A stretch of 63,118 nt of DNA, the filler included, from Circinaria calcarea (taxonomy: Eukaryota), in NCBI GenBank assembly GCA_051942165.1. It is 7 parts of 7 records of this genome, joined end to end, with 100 filler letters (N's around TTAATTAATTAA, not from the genome) between each part and the next. Parts side by side here need not be neighbours in the genome. Positions count along the whole stretch, not along the records: positions 9,055 to 18,002 come from JAVECS010001017.1; positions 18,103 to 27,044 come from JAVECS010001018.1; 5 more parts are not named here. One strand, given 5' to 3'. Below, piece by piece: positions 13,115 to 25,276 of this stretch. The stretch's first letter is position 1, and each line of letters opens with the position of its first letter. A program made the position numbers and the translations under genes. Below the pieces are notes generated by a model. The model searched no databases, was not told the DNA's origin, and saw nothing but the letters and a program-made list of their open reading frames with translations.

Positions 13115-13920
13115 CACAATAGCAAAGTTGGCTGAACGGCTGCTGCGTTCTAGTAGGTAAGTCGGTTTTCCTCGATAACCTTAGACGTCCAGGGCAATAA
13201 ATTCACTCTTGGACCTTAAAGCTCTCGTAAAGTAGCTTTTCAATTCAAAGCTTATTTTTATTTATTCCCTATGCATAAAAATTTTCTCGGTTGATCAAAA
13301 TTAGATCCACGAATGTCCCTCAATAATATGCAAGCCACAAAATATTAGTGAATGCTACATAGGCAAGGCTGTCGCAAGGACTCCAAGGCTCTGAATGGCA
13401 CCACATAATACTGCGGCAGCAGGCAAAAACAATTCGTAGCCTCTTGGCACGCTTGGCAACGCTGCTTTTATATAGCCAATAAATTTTACTGTTAAGTATT
13501 TACGCTCGCATAGTAATTGATATGGGGGGCCTTATAAATTGGCAAGAGATCAGCCCCCGGAGATCTGCAGCGCTACGAATTGCCTTGCCTGCTACCGTAG
13601 TATGTTGCATACGCCACATCTAATTACCCTTCAGTAGCCATGTCGATCGACCACCCACACCAACGCATACATTCAGCTAGAGGAGGCTGAGGCCCAAGGC
13701 TGCGATGGACCGGTAACTTTCTTCGTGGATTTCATTTCCAGCATCTTTGTGCTTACTTTCCTTGCCGATAATTTCAGATGACACACATACTTTCATAGGC
13801 CTTGCCACGGACTATTTAACACCGATTACGTCGTTCTCCTACCACTACCTACTGTCGCCCTTTGAGTATCCAGCCAAGACGAGCTCGCCAAATGGATTAA
13901 GCGTTGATTCTGTTTTTACA

Positions 13921-16683
13921 ATGCGGCCAGACGAAGACTTCGAAAGCTCGAATACAACATCTATAAGCCAGAGCAAGGGCCAAGAAGATTCGAGTACTTC
14001 GGCCAACATGCCAGGCATGGACGACCAAAGCGTAGAGGCCCCTGCCGGGGCAGGCTGTGCAAGTCCACAGCTGAGCTCAGAGTTAGGCAAAGATGAAGAA
14101 CTAACTGATATACTCTTCGACGTAGAAGGCATGCAGAGGCAAATAGTAGAAAGAATGAGAAATACGAAGGCGAAAGACGTTTTCTACAATTTCCAGGAAA
14201 CCACTATTCTAAATCATATTGTTCGACGATCTAATGAGGCTAACTGGATAACTGCTTACGTCGAAAATTTGCAAAAGACTATCAAACGGCTCGTAAGCGT
14301 TGTTGAACATCAGACGCCTGTAAGTTTCAGAATCTCCTTATCCTTAAAGAATCCAATATCGGCTTGCTCTCAACACAATCGAAGCGTGTCTAACAAGGTG
14401 TCGCAGTCGTCAGAACGAGAGAAGGTACTCCAGGAACATGTGAAGTTGCTGAAACGAGAAAACCGCCGTACCAAAAGGGACCTTGCACAATACAAGAGAT
14501 TCGGTCCTCCGAGCTCCGATGATGAGACGTCAAGTGAAGACGAGAAACAACAGGATCCCCCCCCGGAACCAGCACTGATACCTGAGGTAAAGCGTTGGAA
14601 AACAATAGAAGATAGGTTCAAAGAAAGAGAGTTTTATGACGACGACGTAGCTTTCAATAATGCAGGAGGCAGAAAAACTGGATCGGCCAAGCATGTTGTG
14701 GAATGCTTTCGACATTACACAAAAGATAAAATATACCAAGGAACCTCTATAACCATTCATTCAAGACCACTTATAGATTTGGTTAAGCGTACAGTTGGAT
14801 ATTACCCAGGAAACGATTTCAAATCGCTTTCCTCAGATCATGTCTCCATTGACGAACCATATATGATTCTGTTTCACAACAGGGTCAAGTTACAATGTGC
14901 TCTATTAGAGTCTGCAGGAGAAGCGCAGGCACACCTGCAGCTGCTTCTGGAATTTCTTCGTAATGAGCTGCCTAGAGTGGCTGAAAAGCTTGACGAGATC
15001 GAACAATCTCGGTGCAGTGAGATCAGCTATGATGAGGTTTGGCTTCTATACACGCCCAGAACAATAGTTTATTCTCAAGAAGACGACGAATGGCGGGCGT
15101 ACAAGGTTGAGAGACTAAGCGGCTATGAAATCACCAGCAGCGGTCACAGAGCACCTTTGCGAGTCGATATCTCCTCTGCGGGATTCAACGACTCGGGGGA
15201 TGACCTGATATGGTATTTCGAGACTGCAACAGTCTATCCATATAATGGAAACGACGTTATAACCACCTTCAAGTTGATTCCTGAAAATTTTGTACCGAAC
15301 CGAAGTAGCCTACAGTCAGAGCTCCCAACGAGAGGCAAAGAATATTGGAACTATAGAGGGAGAAGCCACTATCGTGAATACTTAGGTGCTGCTTGGCATA
15401 GGAATGATGCTACGGTAAGGCAATTTCTCAAATCGATAGGGCTTTCGTAACTAATACTTAATAAAGGAGGCTGTGAGGGTTATAGTAGATTACGTAACCA
15501 CGAGTAGTCCGCATGGAGATATGGACGCTAGAGGACTCCGGAAGCAGCTAGAGTTAGAAGAGGATGCGTCTATGGCGCCTCAGCGTCACAGACCTCGCCA
15601 TGGCCTAGAACAGCGACTATCACGATCGCCATCGCATTCGCCAACTCGAACTTCTCCACTTGAATCTATGACTGTTCGGAAAAGGTCGCGGTCAACTGAT
15701 AAAGAAGATGAGGAATATATTAGGAACATGCTCCTGTTCTGTCCTGCCCATGTCTTTGCGTTCTCATTAAGGAATAAGGATTGGCGCGACGTCAAAACCA
15801 AGGAACTTAAAGACGTAACGTTCAATGAAAAGGCGTTCAGAAAACTTGTCATTGAAAGGCGGTATAAAGCCATCGTTACAGCTATGGTCAGATCATATTT
15901 AAAGAAGACCACCGACTTCAAAGATTTGATTCAGGGAAAAGGCCGAGGCCTTGTAGTTTTACTGCACGGCTCGCCAGGGACAGGGAAAACACTTACAGCA
16001 GGTATTTCCATTCCACCCTAATCTCCGCTCTATCCTCATCTAACGATAAAATAGAATGTGTCGCAGAAAGTGAGGAGAGACCAATGTACATAGTAACATG
16101 TGGAAACCTTGGCACAAACCCCACAGATCTCGAGAACAACCTCCGCGAGACTTTTGAATATGCAGTGAACTGGAAGGCTGTGCTTCTACTCGACGAGGCC
16201 GACGTCTTCCTCCAAGAGCGCGATATCCACGACCTGAAACGAAACGCACTTGTCTCGGTTTTCCTTCGAGAGTTGGAATATTTTGACGGGATCATGTTTC
16301 TTACCACCAACCGCCCAGGAGCCTTGGACGAAGCTTTTCAATCCCGGATTCACATTACCCTCCGACTTCCAGATCTAGACCCGGACTCGCGGTTAAAGAT
16401 ATGGGCTATTTTTGTGCAGGAGCTCGAAATCAGCCACGGCGACAAGGAAAGCCTGATGAGGAACATCCAGAAAGAGGTCGGTAACGAAAACCTCAACGGG
16501 AGGCAGATTCGGAACTGCATCCGTGCCGCCCTGGCAATGGCAGCGCAAGATAACGTTCAGATTTCCGGTAGACATATCAAGGACATAGTTGAGATCGGGA
16601 AGAAATTTACGAGCTACATGAACGATGTCAATGCAATGGATGTGCGGCAACGCCAAGCTGCTATGGGGATGAGGTTGGCATAA
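13921..16683 (+). CDS. Fungal AAA+ ATPase with long N-terminal region (DUF7025-like)
   Basis: Walker A GSPGTGKT, Walker B LLLDEAD, SRH TTNRPGALDEAFQSRIH, NLNGRQIRN; N-terminal EPYMILFH..HLQLLLEFL..ISYDEVWLLY; introns near 15415-15466 and 16002-16053. Confidence 0.9.
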
Positions 16684-16754
16684 TGAGATTCTTGGGTTGA
16701 GAAATGATATAGATACGTCGGGCTTCCTATAGAAGTAAAGCTGTTCTTCCTCCT

Positions 16755-16905
16755 TATCACGTAATGATGGTATAGTCCTAAGTGCAAAGTATGTGTACTC
16801 AGTATTAATATGAATGGTGTGTAGCCACAATGGCTGCATAAAGCTAAATACATGGCCTATAGAACTGCGCCGGCAGTCAGAGTGGCTCTGGGCTGACCCA
16901 TAACA
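16755..16905. mobile_element. Second, more degraded solo LTR of the 8106-8269 family
   Basis: Shares GTATGTGTA.TCAGT, GTGTGTAGC, AAGCTAAATACATGGCC and GGGCTGACCC blocks; termini TATCACG...CATAACA; TSD not preserved. Confidence 0.75.
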
Positions 16906-17016
16906 GTCCCTTAGATACTCCGTACTTACTCCGGAAAACAAGCAGCCACTTTTTATCATGAGGAAAAAATCTACCCGCTCGGCCGGATCTGATACCTCTG
17001 GGAACGCCTTATTATC

Positions 17017-17109
17017 TGTTATGAGCCGATGCTCATAGGTACCATACTGCGGCTACAAGGCTGATTTCCCCACTTGGGCCTGAGTGTAGAGTCACACAGA
17101 AACATAACA
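17017..17109. mobile_element. Possible short or deleted solo LTR
   Basis: TGTTATG...CATAACA 7-bp inverted termini; no TSD; single copy in the window. Confidence 0.3.
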
Positions 17110-17334
17110 CGACATTATACTAGGATACGGTGGGTGACGAAATCGAGCTGCAACCAAGATATCTACCCTGAAAGGAGGCGGGAGAGTAACGGCTTCTGGC
17201 TTCGAAAAGAATAACCCGGTCCGATCCAAGCAAAATTTTGCTCAATTGCTGCTCAAAGTCCAAAGGCCGTAAAGGGTTTCAATTTTCTGCAACATTGAGC
17301 GCGAATTCCATATTCTTTACGCTGCTATAGCAGC

Positions 17335-18002
17335 TTATGTTCTTTCCATGCTGCATGCCATTTTCATACTGCATGCTATTTCCATGCTATGCTGCGTGCT
17401 CTCCCTATGCTATCCTGTGTGATATTATAGCTCTATGCTCTGCGCTCTATTAGGTTTATGCTATCAGCTCCATGCTCTGCTGCAGCTTTATACCCTATGC
17501 CGTGCTTTATGCAACTCTCCATCCCGGGCTCCATGCAATAGTTTATAGAATGGCCGATATCTAATTAGCTATACTTAACAATTTATATGATACGAACCTC
17601 CGGCTATAGCAAGCAATAATCGCCTGCATATAAGCCGTTTCATGGCCTTGGGTGCTTGCGCGCATTACTATTATAAAAATACTAGATTATTCTTGTTCCG
17701 CAGTCAGGAGTAAAAGTTTGAGTGAGTATAACACGCATCCTAATCTCAATTATTTGGAGAAAAGGCTAATTGGAAAGCTTAAATACCAAATCACCCCCGG
17801 AGCAGTTGGGAAATTAAATTATTACCTAAGCTATTTAACTCTCTATTATCGTGTAGTTAAGATATTAAAACGTATTAAATATCGGGTAATAATATAAATT
17901 ATTAAAACTCTTTTAATAAAAACGAAATTATCCGAGAATATTATAATCGGAATTTCCAGATCACGTTTCTATAATATTAAATATTTTTAAATTAATTATA
18001 TT
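17335..18002. mobile_element. Degenerate CCATGCT-type minisatellite followed by a strongly TpA-rich RIP-like TE relic
   Basis: Many (C/T)ATGCT variants at 17335-17540, then rising AT content with TpA excess up to the contig end. Confidence 0.6.
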
Positions 18003-18102
18003 NNNNNNNNNNNNNNNNNNNNNNNNNNNNNNNNNNNNNNNNNNNNTTAATTAATTAANNNNNNNNNNNNNNNNNNNNNNNNNNNNNNNNNNNNNNNNNN
18101 NN
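18003..18102. other. Artificial contig linker
   Basis: N44-TTAATTAATTAA-N44. Confidence 0.97.
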
Positions 18103-18353
18103 GAAGAAGGGGGTGGAGGTGGAGGTAAAGGCACGGGGATAACCGATAGTATATCTAGTTAGGTTATTCTACACAAATAGCAGACAGAGACCTGGGGGTG
18201 CGGGCAAATCAGGAGGGTTGATCGGATCAACGTGGATGTGTCACCAGAACCCAAATCACACACAAAAAAAAGAAGAAGAAAGAGAGACGTTATCTGTATC
18301 ATTAATAGACGGAATGGGATAATGACATAGAATAGCGGTATACAGAGAAAATT

Positions 18354-20183
18354 TTACAGCTCTCCCCCTTCTTCGACCTCGAACGGACTCGTCAACACGC
18401 TGAGATCCGGATCGTGCGCATCCGCATCCACGTCAGCATCTGCGTGGATAACGACGCCGTTGCCCACACTGTCGTCTTTGATGACTCCTCCTCCTCCTCC
18501 TCCTCCTCCTCCATCTGTGTCCTGGTCCTGATCTCGGCCCTTCTTTCCCAGCCGCAGACTCGGCGTCTGCACCCCCGGTTTCTCCTTGTGCGCTGCCACC
18601 TCCAGCACACTGAGCGAACTTTCCCCCGCCTTCGCGTTCCCGCCAATGGCCCCTTTCTTCTTCGGCCTCTTCTCGGCCGTCAGCCGATCCCCTGCCTCGC
18701 CGTCTCCCGGTCCCTCTGTCTCTCTCAACCAAGCCACGCGCAAACACCGCTCCACCAGCCTTGTCGTCGTTTCGTCCACCGCGCCAAAATGCAACATCCC
18801 GACCCCGCCGTTACTCGCCATGACGGCCAGCAGCCGCAGCAGCTCCTCGCGCTTGTAGTGACATTCCGGGAGACGGAGCTGCGTGTGTGCGAGGAGGGGG
18901 TAGAGGACACGGAGGTAAGTGTGGCGGAGGGCGGTGGCCGTGAGGGGCAGGTCGAGCAGGTTGCGGATCATGACGTCGACGAGGACGCGCAGGTCGTTGG
19001 TATAAAAGTATTCGTATGTCGGGGGCGTGGTGAAGAGGAGGTAGAGGAGTTTGAGGATGAGGAGCTGGAGGGAGGTCTCGTCTAGAGTGAGGGACGGGGG
19101 TTCAGAAGGGGGTTTTGATGAATCGTGGATAAAGGAGAGGGGGTTCTTACTTTCGCGATTGAGGAGGAGGATAATGTTTTCGCCAAAGGTCTTGTAGATG
19201 GGTCCGTCGTGAGAGAGGATTTGGATGATTTTGTTTGGTAGAGGGGCTTTGCGGAATTGGTCTGGCCCCGGGTCGTGGGCAGAGACCATGTATTGTTCAT
19301 TCAGGACGAGCTGGTTGGCCCCTCCTGATCAGTCTGCGTTCCGGCGTTTAATTACAAGGACGACCCACCAAAACTCGTATTACGTGGTAATGGTAAGGAT
19401 CGTTGACGTCGTAGGACAAACCCTCGATTATCTGTAATAAGTGTATTATAAACTCATCCTCAATCTGTACTGATGCGCCCGTCAGTACGGACGGGTAGAT
19501 GATTCCTCCTAAGAGAATTCTCCTTACTTAAGTCTCCGGTTCGTATCCGTTGTATTCGTGACATTTCGTAAAGTAGTTCCAACAGCATCCTGTGTAGGCC
19601 TATATCGCCATCCTTCATGCCCTGTATCAATTCGAGTAACCTCGGGAACGCACCCTCCTCATTCATCATCTCAAATGTAGCCTCATGCTGTCGACCGTCG
19701 GCGAGGAGGAAAGAGGTGATGAGGAGAAGGGTATCGGGAGTGTCTTCCTAATACCCGTCAAGGCCTTGCCCTAACCCCCGCCAATATAGAGTTACGGTAC
19801 CTGGAGAAGCCCATAGATGATCTGCCGACGGACATAGTCCTTGTGCGCCGAGAAGAGGCTAGACTCGAGCAGTTTATAGGAGCAGCGGGCGACATCATAT
19901 TCGCTTTGGAGGTACTCCCCTGAGGTCCCATCAGCATACCTCATCGGAGTTCTTTTCGCGCAAAAGTAACAGACCCCTGTAGTTTGTCGTGAAGCTCAAA
20001 TACGACCGCAAGGCGTTGTCGATCAATTCATGGGACTGACAGTGCGCCGAGACGATTTCGTCGAGTTCTGCGATGAGAGGTCAATTCATTGCGTGCCTGT
20101 CAACTTTCGTTGGGGGGTTTGGCTTACAGACCATCCCAGAATTGCTGCTCGTTGTCCAAGGAATATGAGACCTCGAATTCCAT
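18354..20183 (-). CDS. LDB17: SPIN90/Ldb17 family endocytosis protein, multi-exon
   Basis: [17 protein letters not shown] start; [70 protein letters not shown]. Confidence 0.85.
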
Positions 20184-22885
20184 TACCCGTTGTTCATCGA
20201 CAAATGCATGCGGCAGTGGTCGATTCTACCTCAGAGGCATATTTGGGTACTGACTGGGCTTTGCTCTTCAATCACGGTCATTCACTCGGGTGCACTACCC
20301 AACCTGGTGTAGTCGGAATGTCAATTCTTTTTGGTTTATTGCATCTACCTTACCTACCGAGCAGGACAGAGGATGGTAAAGGTGATGGCTTGATTTGACT
20401 AATGTCCTGTGTCTATCTGTCTAATAGAGCCATCTGAATCCGCGGTGCTGATTTAAGTATTCGGTATGTTCCTCGATGGCTCTTCGAACCTCTCTTCACT
20501 TCCCTATTCGGTACAAAGTAACAATACTGGCCCCGTTCGGATGGTAGATCCAATTAAAATCTATCATACGCCATCTCACCATCTCCTCTTCCCCGCCTTT
20601 ACTAAACACCAGGGCTTGAAGGCGCACTGGCTTAAGCATCAATCAAACAGTACGTGGTAAGTCTTTGATTATGGCCATGGAGACAGGTCCATGGTTCGCT
20701 ACGGTAGGATTGCTATCATCGGTACGGCAGGTCGCCCCCACAGCTTCGTTTCTCCCCAGTGGCGCTTTTGATCGGCCTTGCCACGCACCACAAACTTAAG
20801 GCCGGAGAGCACAGTGTCCTCACTCAGCGGGTAAGAGAGAAATGCGTGTGAGGACCGAGGAAGCCCTCGGACTCGTTTGTACAGATTAAGGTTCTTGAAA
20901 CGGAACAGGAACACGTCCAAGGTCTTTCACCATTCAGCCTGTGTCCGTATTCTCACATTCAGCAGCGACTTCCGCTCGCCTTTTCCGACGTGGGACTCGA
21001 TGTAGCGGACCTTTTTGTGGACGAATAACACATATGATTGTGGACGCTGGACTGTGCGAGCTGGCATTAGCCGATCCGGGAGTGGCTAATTCCGTCGTCC
21101 GGCAGGAATAATCCAAGGAATCCGATTGACTTTCCTTTCCCTTCGAGCGAAGAGCCCCGCCCCGCCTACGACACACTCCCCGGGGGAAAACAAAAACGCC
21201 ACGATCGGACGGGCACCACTCCTAAAAACGTCACACACGCCTGTACCAGGCCATGGTGAAGCTCCAAAGCTCGGGGTATCAGCTCGGTGTACGGGTAATG
21301 GAGTGGTAGTGCAAAGGTGAAGCGATGCCGGTAGGAGGTGGAGGAAGTCCCAGAACACAACTCTAACTCCATCAGAACAATTCTGCTGCACGGCGTCTTT
21401 AGTACGGGTCCTTATCTTCCGCATTTAGTCGTTCATAGGATTCCGACACAGAGAACTGTGCTCTTCCTGTGTGCCAGCGACTGGCAGGATGAAGCGGCCC
21501 TTGGAGCGGCACGGTGGTTCAATTGCATGAAAGCCCGTAACACGGCTGCTCGCTCTGCATGGGGAACACCCAGATCGAGATCTATCCGGCTGTCAATCTC
21601 GCAGCCCTTATTACTACTGTAGATGCGCATTGCCCCCCAATCAGATTCTGAACATTATCTGCAGAGCAGAGCAGAGACCCTGCTAGAGCCAGCGCTAGAA
21701 GCGCGATCGACGCTAAAGTATCTGTGCGATTTAGCCTCGGTATGTGTGGGAACCTTAAAAATCTGGATCTCTTGAGACGGAATCGTAGCCTTTTGGCTTC
21801 TCTCACGGCCAGTCGGACGGTCGGACTCCCCTGCAAGCAAGTAAAAGATGACAAGTTGGTGTCGAGACGTGTCGTTTTCGTTGTCGTCGTCTCAATGTGT
21901 TCAGTTCGAAGGCTTCCAAAGATTGCCTTCGTCGACGGGCGCAGATGTTTGGGAGTCTGTGGGTGTTTAGTGAATTCTTTGGTGAGAGGTCCTGCATCTA
22001 CGATCGGTCGCTTTCCCACCCCCGACACTACCCAGTAGCCTGCTCAGCAAAAGGTTCGCACGACTTACGGGACGGTAGGCAGCGCGAAAGTGTAAAGGTT
22101 GCTGTCTTCCCCTAGTTAGGTCATACGCCATCAAAGCTACGGAGTTTCCTCCGTAATTGCCTCCAGGTGACGATGACCAGTAGGTAAGGTGCCGTGTACG
22201 GAGTGTGCACCGAGCGGACACCCAGATAGAATCTTTAGTCGATAGCTAGTACTATCAGCGTTACGGAACGGTTGCCCTTACATCACCTTGAGAGAGAGAG
22301 AGATTGGAGAGGGAGGTCTGTCTGACGAAACAGATCCCGCTAACGACGAGTTTATCTGGAAAGTCCGATCGGTCTAGCCTGATATAGTAAGTGATAGGCA
22401 AGATCTGGCTTGGCACGGGCTTGGTACGGCTCGTGCCCGCTATTCAAATACTCGGACCTATCTCCTTTCCTTTCCTGCGATTCTTCCATCCTAATTATCC
22501 TTCAGCAGAATCCAAAGGTCTTGTTTACAACCGACCAAGGTGAATTTGTTTAAACATATTCCACTTCAGTCGCTTTATACGTTCGCGTTCTCGATTTGTG
22601 GCACGCACGGTACATCGCCCACTCGACTCGCCACCCCCGATCTTCAGTCCAAGCGATCGCCGGCAATTCGACACTCCGAATCACCGAGGATCACGGTCTT
22701 GAAATTATTCGATCGCTTCTTCAAGAATATCCATTCTACTTCTTCTGTTATTCTTGTCGGAGAGGAAGTCGGCAGCTGTTGCACTCTTTGCGACCGTTGT
22801 TCATTGAAACTTTTTCACTTTGTTCGCTCAACTACCTGGCGGATTCCCTAGAGATCTGGTGATTACTTTACGTTCTCAATATACC

Positions 22886-24287
22886 ATGCCTCCTCAGCGA
22901 ACGATCCCGCCTGCAAAGGCGATCAAAACCGAGAGAACTCACGAAGAGAATCAGGAACGGTTAGTTTATACTAGTTAGCCCGATTGATTCCATGTCACCA
23001 CTAATGTCTGGCAGTGCTTACATCGCTGCTTCTCGACGAAGTGACCGAAGTCTTGAGGCTCGAGTTGAATCCGCTCGACGGGCATCTGAGATCCACAAGA
23101 GGCGTACCGGCCGTTCTCTTCGCGTGACTGAGCAGGATGTGGTCAATGAAGAGATGTACGAAGAGGAGGACGACGATCTGCCAATGCAGTACAGGAGATT
23201 GACTGCTCACCTGCAGACCGGGTCGGCCGACTTCAACCGACGGTTAGCGGCGTACCTGACGAACCATGTGGCCATGAGAAGTGCACTCGACCAAGCCATC
23301 ACGAATTCCTATGCGCAGCAGTATCCCAACGCGCCGCAATTTGCACACAACCAGCAGACGATGTTTCCATCGCCATTGATGCCCCAAAACTTGGTGCAAC
23401 AGCCACAGCAGCAATCTCCAGTCCAACCGCATTTGCCGCAACAAAAACCCCATCAACAGGCACAGGCACAGCAATCACCACATCTTTACCGTCACGCACC
23501 ATACCCAACTCCGGGCACCCCTGGGTATAGGCAGCATCCTCATCAGCGATCCATTTCATCAACCTCAACATTTCACGAAGTACCTGGCTTCGTCCAGAAT
23601 TTCTCAAACAAAGGACTCGCCGAAGCCGGGACCGTCTCGGACGCTAGAAGTATATCGATGCCGAGCACTTCGATGAAACCTGCCGGCGTTCGGACGCCTC
23701 AGCCATCGCAGCCGTCTCACCCAAGGCACCCATCACAGTCTCCTCCCGCGAGTATTTCTAAGAAATCACCTGTCAGCAAGCAGGAAAGCCCGACTCCGCA
23801 GCCGATGCGGCCACCTCCGACGCCGCAATACAATGCCAACACACTCCAAGACTTCAGTCCCTTCAGCACCGCTCTCCCTTCCGAAACTCAGATGCTACTC
23901 GGCTCGAGTTTAGACATCAATGATCCTCTCACCTCCATGTTCATGGCCGGAAGCGAGAGCTTGCCACAGCCTTTCTATGACTTCAATTCCCAATATGGGA
24001 TGCCCAAATTCCATCCGTCGTGTGGTGGTATGAACTCTACACTCGCTCCGAGTGCGCTTGAAATTTCACCTGACTCTGCAACCTACTCGAATCCATCACC
24101 TGCTACTACGGAAGCGGCCAACACGCCGCCATACACTTACAACTTCGATGGCTGTCTGCTAGACTGCAAAGGTGTTAGCTTTGCACCTGCAAACAGTGCC
24201 CATGGCAGTGGTACTGCTACTCCCGGGAATGACGGAGGTTGGGACACCTTCATCGATGAGAATTCCTGGATCGAGAACCCTACCTAA
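22886..24287 (+). CDS. Conserved Pezizomycotina protein with basic N-terminal domain and Q/P/S-rich tail (regulator-like, function unknown)
   Basis: ATG 22886, intron 22960-23014; RTHEENQERAYIAASRRSDRSLEARVESARRASEIHKRRTGR; acidic-aromatic C-terminus WDTFIDENSW. Confidence 0.8.
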
Positions 24288-25276
24288 AGCGGCAAGCTGA
24301 GAAATCAGTTTCCCTACGAACCCAAAGGTGTTCCGGTTAGAAGAGATCAAGCACGAGAGTTGGCCGTTTGGCATAAATCATTAAGCAGATTGCTTCGCTT
24401 TGCTGAATCTGATTTGCCGTGGCAAGTTAGACCCGTGGGTCTTCAGGACGTCGTCTCACTCGTTGAAGGGGGACCATTTCCGTAGGCACCACGCGTTGTT
24501 GGTCGCCGGCTCGCGTCCGACCGGCATCTTGATATACTTTTGTGGATGTCATCCAATGTATGTTAGCTCTTCAGCCTCGGTCCTGTTGCATTGCATGGCT
24601 TCTAGGGGTGGCAGGCTAATCTCGGTTACTTGATGGCGGTAATGTCTTTTACTATATAGGCGTTCAGCTGGCGTAGTTTTATGATATGGGACACAAGTTT
24701 TCGTGTTATATCAGTTGGAAGGATTATGAGCATCCATATCTATACTTAGTTTAGCTCAGTGTTGCTGGCAGAATACTCCACTCAGAGCATAAAATTTAAA
24801 CACTGGCTGTTCATCATTATGACTTATTGCCATTTTAGCTGTGCGGATCCTGAATAATCTCTCGTGCTCTGCAGAGAGGAAATCCGAATTGCTTCGTGTG
24901 TAACAATGCTGCCGAGGGCGATCTTCTTTTATAAAGAGATGTCTCGATGACATGTCAATAATCCACACCTCGATGCAATAGTCTAGATACAGAAGAGGAA
25001 GGAAAATAGTTCGAATATCGTGAGCATTGTACGTGTGCTCTCGACCAATCTGCAGACGGTTAGTGTGACCTCTTTGCCAAGATTTTGCTGCTCCTGGGAT
25101 TCGCGCACCATTGATTGTTCCGAAAAAGAACTGAATCTCACCGCTCGGGTTCTCCACAGTCTTTGAGGCAACATATAGCTGCGTACATTATTTACATTGC
25201 CTACAGAGGATACCGTATGGTAGTTGCATAATAGATCATCTACTGCTCAATCAGCTGCGGATGGCAACGGTGCGAA

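Noticed and set aside
9055..18002. Starship element call for the NACHT/AAA contig
   Set aside because: The genes are cargo-like, but no DUF3435 tyrosine recombinase or element boundaries are visible.
18392..19085. Alternative-frame and antisense ORFs over LDB17 (likewise over RRP14 at 26252-26905)
   Set aside because: Shadow ORFs of GC-rich coding sequence.
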